Shown here piece after piece: positions 1 to 7,510 of a stretch of 25,101 bases of DNA (position 1 is the stretch's first letter; the number at the start of each line of letters is the position of its first letter). Position numbers and translations under genes: made by a program. The notes below the pieces were generated by a model. That model saw nothing but the letters and a program-made list of their open reading frames with translations, was not told the origin of the DNA and made no database searches. The stretch is from a virus (Duplodnaviria; Caudoviricetes): positions 1-25,101 of IMG/VR virus record IMGVR_UViG_3300020045_003959; one strand, 5' to 3'.

Positions 1-79
1 AATTCACATCCTCCGGCTTCTGCGAAGTGCCGGAAGTGGCCGAGGTCAGCGTTCCGAGGTTTGTGACTGCAATAGTCAT
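1..79 (-). CDS. 5' end of the gene downstream of major capsid (partial, runs off the window); probable virion protein
   Basis: ATG at 79 preceded by AAGGAG overlapping the capsid stop; reads MTIAVTNLGTLTSATSGTSQKPEDVN with no stop before the window edge. Confidence 0.7.
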   Translation of the reverse strand, partial: MTIAVTNLGTLTSATSGTSQKPEDVN

Positions 80-91
80 AGTCAAGTCTCC

Positions 92-1159
92 TTACGAGAT
101 GGAAAGCAGGGCGTTTGCATTGGCCCGGTTTGTGGTCATCGAGCCGCGCCAGGTCAGCGCCCAGTAATAGACGTACTTGTCATAGACGCGCGGAGGTTTG
201 CGGCTCACCATGTCCTGGCCTTCCATCGGGCGAAGCGTGATCGTCTTCGTATTCATGAAGTAGCAGCGCTTCGTCCAGTGGATCGCCGGGGAAACAAACC
301 CGCCGAAGTTGTCATCGAACTCAGGGCACCATTGGATTTCCAGCCCCTTGAAGAAGATGCCAGACACGCCGCCGTCAAGCTTCCGAGCCTCGCCGCCTGC
401 GTAGCTGATCTGCTGGCCGTTCAGGGTCATGGCAGCGATGTACGCATCAATGAAGCCGGCGCCGGCCAAGATCGTATCGGGGCGGCCGCCGTTCTTCACG
501 CAAGCGCGCCACATCGTTTCCATTGCGCCGAGGAATGCCGTCGCGTGCGCCGCAGTGGTCGGAGCCGTCAGGCCGGTGGAAACGTTGTTTCTCCACCAGA
601 CATTGCTGGCCACCGAGCGATCAATACCGCCGACCGTGCCGGAAGTTGGCGTAGTCGAAACCAAGGCATCAAGGCCGGAGATGGCATCGGTCGAGCTGGA
701 GCCGTCCAGATGCAGGTACATCGAGAATTTTTCCTCGAAGCCCAGGCGCAGCGTTTCGGTTGATTCGGTCAGAAGGTTCGTGAGCTGAACACGTTCAGCA
801 CTGGACGCATTGCCGCCGCTGCCGTTGTCGTCAATCGCGATGCCGTTTTGCGCAAGGCGGTCTTCATCGAGCGAGAAGCCATCATGCGCCGAGCGCCACG
901 GATACTGAGCCTGCTCGACGGTGACGCGCTTGTTATAGGTGACAACGGAGGCACCGTTGAACCATTGGAAATTGGACTGATAGCGATAGCGAAGCTGCTC
1001 GACGATGTACTGCTTGCCGCCGGGGAAGGTCTTCTTTTTCGCCATGAGCGCCTTGAGCAACGGACGCTCAACGGCAACTTGATCAATCGGGTTGTTTTTC
1101 AGGAAGTAGTCCAGGGCAATTTTGCCGCTGTCCTGTAGTTCTTGTGCGGTAAAGGGCAT
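92..1159 (-). CDS. Major capsid protein (355 aa)
   Basis: Start re-called to ATG at 1159 (MPFTAQELQD) with a strong AGGAGG SD; size, position after portal/scaffold and sequence character (GLDALV, GTVGGIDRS, C-terminal beta-rich RGSMTTNR) fit an HK97-fold phage coat protein. Confidence 0.85.
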   Translation of the reverse strand: MPFTAQELQDSGKIALDYFLKNNPIDQVAVERPLLKALMAKKKTFPGGKQYIVEQLRYRYQSNFQWFNGASVVTYNKRVTVEQAQYPWRSAHDGFSLDEDRLAQNGIAIDDNGSGGNASSAERVQLTNLLTESTETLRLGFEEKFSMYLHLDGSSSTDAISGLDALVSTTPTSGTVGGIDRSVASNVWWRNNVSTGLTAPTTAAHATAFLGAMETMWRACVKNGGRPDTILAGAGFIDAYIAAMTLNGQQISYAGGEARKLDGGVSGIFFKGLEIQWCPEFDDNFGGFVSPAIHWTKRCYFMNTKTITLRPMEGQDMVSRKPPRVYDKYVYYWALTWRGSMTTNRANANALLSIS

Positions 1160-1291
1160 GTAGCCTCCTATGTGCGTGAATAAGATTTGTGTCGATTTGC
1201 TCGACGTATCCGGCGGCGAACCCGGCATCAACCTTGAAAACACGCAGGCGGCGGACCCTGCATTACAGCCACGACCGCGAAAATTCAGCAG

Positions 1292-1334
1292 TCCATGTGC
1301 GCTTTATACTTTCGCTCGATCAAGATGATAAATT
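1292..1334 (-). promoter_or_regulatory. Putative late promoter, copy 1 (upstream of capsid gene)
   Basis: Minus strand AATTTATCATCTTGATC-N9-TATAAA-N6-ATGGA; same elements and spacing at 10172-10214; lies just downstream of a terminator. Confidence 0.7.
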
Positions 1335-1348
1335 GTTTGTTGCGGACG

Positions 1349-1372
1349 AAAAAAAGCCCACCGAAGCGGGCT
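1349..1372 (-). terminator. Rho-independent terminator after the scaffold gene
   Basis: Minus strand AGCCCGC-TTCG-GTGGGCT hairpin followed by a T run. Confidence 0.85.
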
Positions 1373-1476
1373 AACTCGCAATGAAGCGAGAAGGAGAGAA
1401 TCAAAATCCGTCTGCGGGATCTGTGCGCTTCACAGCGCTATCGTCGGACCACCTACCTTTCGATAGTTGCCAGAAT

Positions 1477-2523
1477 TTAGCCGCCCGAGTACCCCAGGCC
1501 CATCTCCATCGCTTCAAGCATTGATTTCGGCTGCCTTGCGCCGCCCTGCAGTCCGGTAGGCCGAAGCGGCGCCGGATTGTTCGCCGGAGCGCGTTGCATC
1601 GGCACGGCCGAAATCGTGTTGTAGAGGATTCTCACTTGCTGCGGCCACATCGACGGCGGGAAGTTGGCGGCAATTTCCGGCAATTGCTTCAGGATGATGT
1701 CTTCCTTGTAAGTGAAATCCGGGTCCGTCTTCGCCCACTGCTGGCCGAGCTGGTCAATCTGCTGAATCGACTGGCTGCGCTCCTGCTGTGATCTCTGCGT
1801 TTGCTGCTGGCTCTGCTGCTGGCGCTGGAATTGCTCCTGCTGCTGATTCTGCATCATGCGGGTGCGCGCAATCTCCATCGCGGTCTGCTCGTCCATCTGG
1901 TAGCCGTCGACGCGCTGGCGAAGGTCGGGAAACTGCGACAGAGGATCAGCGCCGGGAAGCGGCTTGCCCATCGCCAGCGACAGCATGCGCCGCTGATCGT
2001 CCATGATCTTCAATGCGCCTTCAAAGTCGCCATGCTTGACCATGCGCATGTAGTCAATCGCCTGGCTGAACTCCTGCGGACTCGTTCCGGTGCTCTGGAT
2101 CATTTCTCTGAACTGGCCGAGCGTGCCGGAGATTTCGGAGACTTGCGCCTCATGCTCCTTCACTCGATTAACCAGCTTCGTGAATCGCTCCTGCGCCTTC
2201 TGGCTCAAGCCCTCAGGCATGGCCATGTCGTCCTCGGGCTTGGCGACGGTTTCGGGCGTCTTCTTGTTCGGATCTGCTGCCGCTTCCTTAGCAGCAAACC
2301 GCCCTTGCTCGTCGCGGAGCCGCTCGACCTTTTCGGCCTCCGTCTCAACCTTCAGGCCCGATTCGATTGCTTCAAGCATCGATGCCGGTTCTGCTGGCGA
2401 ATCTGAGGCGACTTCCGGCGCCGGAGCATCATCAGCACTGCCGACAGATCCGCCCTCTTCCGCTCCCGTTTCCTCTTCCATGTAACCGCCGCGCGCCATC
2501 AAGTTTCTCAAGTACCAAGGCAT
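1477..2523 (-). CDS. Putative capsid scaffolding protein
   Basis: GGAG SD; acidic disordered N-terminus, helical Q-rich body, immediately upstream of capsid; assignment mainly by synteny. Confidence 0.65.
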   Translation of the reverse strand: MPWYLRNLMARGGYMEEETGAEEGGSVGSADDAPAPEVASDSPAEPASMLEAIESGLKVETEAEKVERLRDEQGRFAAKEAAADPNKKTPETVAKPEDDMAMPEGLSQKAQERFTKLVNRVKEHEAQVSEISGTLGQFREMIQSTGTSPQEFSQAIDYMRMVKHGDFEGALKIMDDQRRMLSLAMGKPLPGADPLSQFPDLRQRVDGYQMDEQTAMEIARTRMMQNQQQEQFQRQQQSQQQTQRSQQERSQSIQQIDQLGQQWAKTDPDFTYKEDIILKQLPEIAANFPPSMWPQQVRILYNTISAVPMQRAPANNPAPLRPTGLQGGARQPKSMLEAMEMGLGYSGG

Positions 2524-2533
2524 AGTTTTTCTC

Positions 2534-2890
2534 CTATAACATCAATAAAAGCGCTTCTTCTTCCGAGCGCATACGCTTCGCCCTGGATTTCGCCCGAGCA
2601 ATAACATCTTGAGCAAGAGACGCAGAAAGCATCTCGTTGCGAATTCTTGAAACCACATCAGCCGGCAAAGCCTCTTGGATCTCGTCCAGTTCGTCGTCAA
2701 GGCGCCTTTTCTTCCGCTTCCGATCATCAGTCCAACCGCCGAGCGATGCAGGAAGAACCGGGACAACAGCAGCAACGCCCCACGAATCGCCCCACGACAG
2801 CCCCCATGCACCGCCCCAACAATCCGCCGAATCAACGACCGGAGGATCAACTGGAGCGGCGGACTGATTGCCTAGGAGCGTGAGCAGCAT
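2534..2890 (-). CDS. Hypothetical phage protein with WGxxWG repeats
   Basis: ATG directly abuts the upstream stop (TAAATG); contains WGGAWGLSWGDSWG and a basic RKRKKRR patch. Confidence 0.65.
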   Translation of the reverse strand: MLLTLLGNQSAAPVDPPVVDSADCWGGAWGLSWGDSWGVAAVVPVLPASLGGWTDDRKRKKRRLDDELDEIQEALPADVVSRIRNEMLSASLAQDVIARAKSRAKRMRSEEEALLLML

Positions 2891-4306
2891 TTACACCGTC
2901 CGCGACAACTTGACCTTGACCTGGCCGGCTGCCACTGCGGCCGTGTCCGTATGAACCGCGTTTGCCGTGATCGCAATACCAAGGCCGAGCGCAAACCTGA
3001 AGCCGATAAAGCCAATGTTCGGATTAGCCACACCAGGGACGCCACTCACCGCGGCAGGGACCGGAATAATCATTTCTGGCACGTCCGTTCCGACCGTCGG
3101 CGCCGTGGCCTTGTTGTATAGCTTGACGTATGCCGGCGCTGCGCCCTCGTTGGTCACATAGAGAGACTGGACGCAGCTTGTGCCGGTGATAATCAGCGCG
3201 CCGTTCGTCGTCGCTGCTGAGTTCAGGAAGTACGGCGTTGCAGGCGCTGGCGGCGTAACCGTCGCCGTTACCGTTCCGCTGATCGGCTGAGTGGCCGTGA
3301 CCTGGACTGCGGGGATCGGCTCAGTGGCATAAGCCCCAGGCTGCAAAGTGTATGCCGCCGTGCCGCTGGTGTGCGCAGTCGCTCTGACACGGAACCACTT
3401 GTAGGCGTTGACCGAGGCTTCCCACCCATAAACCGGCGTCGAAGTAAGCACGCCAGATGCCGTATCGACGGTGTTTGCATTTGACCGCACGACCTGCACC
3501 ACGTACCAATTGCCGTCTATTCCGTTGGTGCTGTTGTTCGAGTATTCAAACGTTACGTTATGCCCCACAAGCGACGTGGCCACCATGCTGATCGTCAGAT
3601 TGCTGGCCCGCTCGACATTGATCGGCACCGTCTGCGCATTAGCTGTGATGTTCTGCACAACCGCGACTATTGAGCCAGGCTGAGTCGCCACCTTTACCCG
3701 CTGATTTTCGTCTAGGCTGATGTAGCCGAAATCGCCGTCGGCGACCGTCGCCGAAGCGTCAGAGTCTCGGCGCTTTGCAAGCATCACAAAGCCGCCGTGC
3801 CCGTCGGTTGCGATTGCGTCGTGCTGGCTGATCGCCGTAGCCAGGGCGTTCACGGCGTCCAGCACGGAGGCTAGAGTCACTTCGGCAGCCGCGCCGGCAG
3901 GCAATGGCAAATCAACAGCGCTCACCGGCTGCGTGGCCTGGAAAAAATCACCCGAGACTGGAACAGCCGAGTCGCGCAGTTGTGTGTTAGTCAGCCCTTG
4001 CGCCGTTGGATTGGCGATCGTTACCGTTTCCAGCGCCGCCAGCGTTGCAGCGTCGAGCGCCACGGAGTTTGTGTTGCAGGCTGATACCTTTGCGCTCAGA
4101 GAGTCGACGGACGCCTTGAGCGCCGATAGCGTTGCTTCTGTGCTGACGCCTGATACTTCGACTGGCATTGGGTCGGCGCTTGATACATCCGTGGCTTCGC
4201 CGTCGGCGCCGAATTGCACCTTGACGCGCTGATGCAACACGCTGTCGATTTCGTCGGCGGCAATCGTTGCGCCTGTGCCTGGGGTGAAACCTACGTTGTC
4301 AGCCAT
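2891..4306 (-). CDS. Putative virion fibre/decoration protein (471 aa)
   Basis: A/T/V/G-rich, short coiled-coil near the N-terminus, beta-rich C-terminal domains; tightly packed in the late operon. Confidence 0.6.
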   Translation of the reverse strand: MADNVGFTPGTGATIAADEIDSVLHQRVKVQFGADGEATDVSSADPMPVEVSGVSTEATLSALKASVDSLSAKVSACNTNSVALDAATLAALETVTIANPTAQGLTNTQLRDSAVPVSGDFFQATQPVSAVDLPLPAGAAAEVTLASVLDAVNALATAISQHDAIATDGHGGFVMLAKRRDSDASATVADGDFGYISLDENQRVKVATQPGSIVAVVQNITANAQTVPINVERASNLTISMVATSLVGHNVTFEYSNNSTNGIDGNWYVVQVVRSNANTVDTASGVLTSTPVYGWEASVNAYKWFRVRATAHTSGTAAYTLQPGAYATEPIPAVQVTATQPISGTVTATVTPPAPATPYFLNSAATTNGALIITGTSCVQSLYVTNEGAAPAYVKLYNKATAPTVGTDVPEMIIPVPAAVSGVPGVANPNIGFIGFRFALGLGIAITANAVHTDTAAVAAGQVKVKLSRTV

Positions 4307-4307
4307 A

Positions 4308-4928
4308 TCAGACAGGATTCCAAGGGTTAGCGGGCGTCCCGATGCCCTTGATCGACACGTCGTTCACTTGCTTGATGTTCACCGGGATGGCCACCGCCAG
4401 CAGGCGCGCCATGACGGCATCGGCGATTCGGGCAACGTCGGCGTCGGATATTGAGCCGGACCAAGATCCGCCAGGAGCCGCGCCACCAGCAAACACTGCA
4501 TCGTCTGTCGTTGCGGCAATAGACACTGACGCCAGTACTCCGGCTATCGTCGCGCCGCCCGAGAAAACGGCGTCGTCTGCTGTCGCGGTCACCCCCGCAT
4601 AAGCCGGTCCGACTTGCAGCCATGCTCTAACTGGCGATCCTGTTGCTACGCCGTTGACTTTTAACTGCCACTCGAACCAGTACGATCCATCCGCCGCGCC
4701 GCTGAATTCGTAGCTCGTGTCTTCGTAGGCGTGGAGCGAACCGGATGCCGGCCATGTCGTAATCGTGCCGCAAATCTCTTTGCCGGCGTCTGCCGGAAGC
4801 GACAAGCTGTTATAGGCATAACCCGGCCCATTGTCGCCAGTCGCCGGAATCAGCGAGCCAAGCACGCCAGTTTTAGGCGTCCCGAGTACCCGCTTTCCGC
4901 CAGAGGATTGATTGAGATTGCGCAGCAT
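4308..4928 (-). CDS. Putative virion structural protein (206 aa) with two TATxDDAVFxGG repeats
   Basis: TAATG overlap with the upstream gene; beta-rich composition. Confidence 0.6.
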   Translation of the reverse strand: MLRNLNQSSGGKRVLGTPKTGVLGSLIPATGDNGPGYAYNSLSLPADAGKEICGTITTWPASGSLHAYEDTSYEFSGAADGSYWFEWQLKVNGVATGSPVRAWLQVGPAYAGVTATADDAVFSGGATIAGVLASVSIAATTDDAVFAGGAAPGGSWSGSISDADVARIADAVMARLLAVAIPVNIKQVNDVSIKGIGTPANPWNPV

Positions 4929-6016
4929 TAGGCCACGGTCCCGGCTTGGTAATAGACGGATGATCGATCAGTAGTGGCAACAAGAAAAACGCCAGTTCCG
5001 GCAATCAGTCCGGTAGCGGTCAGAACGCCGCCTGCGCTAGTCGTCCCTGTGCCGTAATTTACGGACGACGGAGCGACGCCGATGCCAGTGCCGACGCGCC
5101 ACTCATAGACGACGGGAGTGCTCTCCCACACCGAGCCGGTGTTGTTCACCATCACGTCTGTGACGAATGATCCAGCGCCAGCCGGGACCGTTGCGCCGCC
5201 GGAAAACACCGCATCTGCGGTTGTCGCGGACACCTGAGTCGAGGACGATGCGCTGTATCCGACTGTCGCGCCTGAGAAGGCTGCATTGTCTGTTGTGGCT
5301 GTGATTTGTGTGGTGGCGCTTGGTGTGGACGCCTCAACCAGCGCAAACGCGTTGCTAGCACCTAAGCTGGCGTGCAGGTCTTCTATTTCTTGGTCTGTCA
5401 GCACTCGGTTAAATTGCGCAACCCACACATAATCAGCCGCAAATCCACCAACCCCACCAGATACAGACCCGCCAATATTCTGAGCGCGGTATCCGTCACT
5501 GGCATTCCCTAAACTCCCATATGTCGCCTGTACCTCGCCGTCGCAAAATGTTTTGGATGCGGTGCCAGATAAAGTACATCCAAAGGAGTGCGCGCCAGTA
5601 CCGATTATGTCTGTGGAGCCTAAAAGAGTTGGATAGTTAGAGCCGAAACAGATACCAGGAGCATCCCCGGTATAGACTCCTGGACCTGATGCGTTATTCA
5701 TCGCCGTGTCAAAAACTGAACTGCGAGACGCCCGGCTGTTACCCTCGTTAATCACAACAAAAGACGAGCCTGCGGCTGTTCCGGTTAGCGGTTTAGTGAG
5801 CAACCCCGGCGACAGCGCCACGCCCTCAGCGTTTACCGACCCGTTAATTACTGTCCGAAAATGCCGGCCAAGCGAACCTGACCCGACTGTACAGTTTGCG
5901 TGCTTTGAGCACGTCTGATTCCCCGTCAAATCCTTTACAGCGCCGTCGTCATCGACACAAATCAGCGCGAGAAGCGAGCTATAGAGCGGGTGCGATGTAT
6001 TTAGCGTGAGAGCCAT
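4928..6016 (-). CDS. Putative virion protein with a LamG/concanavalin-A-like domain
   Basis: YVWVAQFNRVLTDQEIEDL resembles the C-terminal signature of LamG-like jelly-roll domains; S/T/G-rich; two TATxxxAxFSG repeats. Confidence 0.55.
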   Translation of the reverse strand: MALTLNTSHPLYSSLLALICVDDDGAVKDLTGNQTCSKHANCTVGSGSLGRHFRTVINGSVNAEGVALSPGLLTKPLTGTAAGSSFVVINEGNSRASRSSVFDTAMNNASGPGVYTGDAPGICFGSNYPTLLGSTDIIGTGAHSFGCTLSGTASKTFCDGEVQATYGSLGNASDGYRAQNIGGSVSGGVGGFAADYVWVAQFNRVLTDQEIEDLHASLGASNAFALVEASTPSATTQITATTDNAAFSGATVGYSASSSTQVSATTADAVFSGGATVPAGAGSFVTDVMVNNTGSVWESTPVVYEWRVGTGIGVAPSSVNYGTGTTSAGGVLTATGLIAGTGVFLVATTDRSSVYYQAGTVA

Positions 6017-6018
6017 AT

Positions 6019-7089
6019 TTATGCCGTATGTTTGTAGAGGTAGGCTTTCGACGCCCCAGAGCTGCCATACCGCATAAACAGGTAGCAGTTATATTCCGGG
6101 ATCGGGCAACCAATGACGGGGTGCGTTGGTGACAGCATGACCGGAAATGCGCCAACGTCAGCCCATGCGCCAGAGGCCATATCTAGCTCATGCACGTGGC
6201 CGCTCGCCGGAGACAAAAGGATTGCTTTGGAGCGCTTGAGGTCTGGAAAAAATAGCTGCCCATCCGCGTGCGACAGCACGGTTTGCGGACAAGCACTAGA
6301 CGCCGTAACAACTCCCGTCGCAGAGACAAAATACAACGGATCTCCAATATTCGCACCGCCGCAAACAACCGAATCAGACTGCGGGTTGTAGTGCGCTACG
6401 GTCTGGCCGCGAATCGTCGCGTTTGCGTGTATTTGCGTCCAGACCTGCGATGCACGGTCCCACCGATACAACCGACCGAGTGATGAATCGCACCAAATCA
6501 ACGACCCTTGCGATCCAAGATGCGGATGCCACGCCAGTCCAGTTACGCCGCCAAATGCGCCAGTAACCGGGCCAAGGCTCGTCGACGGGCCTGTTAGCGG
6601 CGTCATCGCCTCCCATGCCTCACAATCCCACCGCTCAATTTGCGGCGTGTTGTAGGGCGCTTTGTAGTGGATGCGCTCCACTGGGTCATAAGTGTTTGAG
6701 TCGTAGCCGTGACCACAAAAGCGTCCAAACGGGTTGCGGACGTGGCCCCAAGTGTTGAGCTTTGCATCAAACCACAGCAGCACAGACCAGATGCCGCCAT
6801 AGCCAATAGCGCCGGCAGTCTCAGCGTAGATGATGGCGCGCTGACTTGGAGCGTCCCAAACCATTTTAGTGGTCCAGTTTGTGATCAGCGTGTTTGCCCT
6901 ACCCTCTGTCGGGTAAATGCCAGTGCCGTCCAGGGTGTTTAGTGCGGAGCACGGTATCTCGACCGCCTGCCCCGCTGAGAGCAGCGCGGCCTGCCTGCCG
7001 ACAAACGGCAGTAGATTTCTTCCCCCGGCAACTACTCCGCCAGATGGACAGCCTGACCAGGAGGGCGCCGGGGATGCCATGCTAGACAT
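6019..7089 (-). CDS. Putative beta-propeller protein (356 aa)
   Basis: Recurring blade-like motifs (WFDAKLNTW, RWDCEAW, YRWDRASQVW, HELDMASGAW); start overlaps the upstream gene end. Confidence 0.55.
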   Translation of the reverse strand: MSSMASPAPSWSGCPSGGVVAGGRNLLPFVGRQAALLSAGQAVEIPCSALNTLDGTGIYPTEGRANTLITNWTTKMVWDAPSQRAIIYAETAGAIGYGGIWSVLLWFDAKLNTWGHVRNPFGRFCGHGYDSNTYDPVERIHYKAPYNTPQIERWDCEAWEAMTPLTGPSTSLGPVTGAFGGVTGLAWHPHLGSQGSLIWCDSSLGRLYRWDRASQVWTQIHANATIRGQTVAHYNPQSDSVVCGGANIGDPLYFVSATGVVTASSACPQTVLSHADGQLFFPDLKRSKAILLSPASGHVHELDMASGAWADVGAFPVMLSPTHPVIGCPIPEYNCYLFMRYGSSGASKAYLYKHTA

Positions 7090-7453
7090 TACCCTCGGTG
7101 ATCGTCCAAGGCGCGGTCGGAGTCACGTCGACGCCTGTTGCAACCGTCCCGGTAAAGGCCATGTTTCCAGGGATCGCAAGCGTCAGCACAGCCACATCTG
7201 CCGAGGTCGTGATCACCGCGAAGGTCGGCGTTCCGGCAACGTGTCCGCTATTCGTCTGCGTGACCGTCTCGTTCATGTCGATCACACCGCCTGTCGCCGT
7301 TCCGAGGGCTCCTGTTACGTTCAACGTCGCCAGAAGCGTACCGGCCGGGGTGAGCGATTCCGTGCCGTTGTAGAACTTCACTTTCGGATTGGTGCCGGCT
7401 GCGGTGATGATGTCAGTGGCGCGGGTATTTCGGAGTGCGGTGGTTAACTTCAT
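7082..7453 (-). CDS. Small T/A/G-rich virion protein (123 aa)
   Basis: GAGGAG SD; beta-rich sequence; first gene after the portal. Confidence 0.7.
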   Translation of the reverse strand: MKLTTALRNTRATDIITAAGTNPKVKFYNGTESLTPAGTLLATLNVTGALGTATGGVIDMNETVTQTNSGHVAGTPTFAVITTSADVAVLTLAIPGNMAFTGTVATGVDVTPTAPWTITEGNV

Positions 7454-7510
7454 ATGTTACTCCTCTATTGGGCAGTTGTTTCTGGTGCAGTAGTCGATCC
7501 AGGCCCCAAG

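Noticed and set aside
1160-1243. 28-aa N-terminal extension of the capsid ORF given in the ORF track
   Set aside because: A strong AGGAGG SD precedes the ATG at 1159; the extension covers the structured leader and has no SD.
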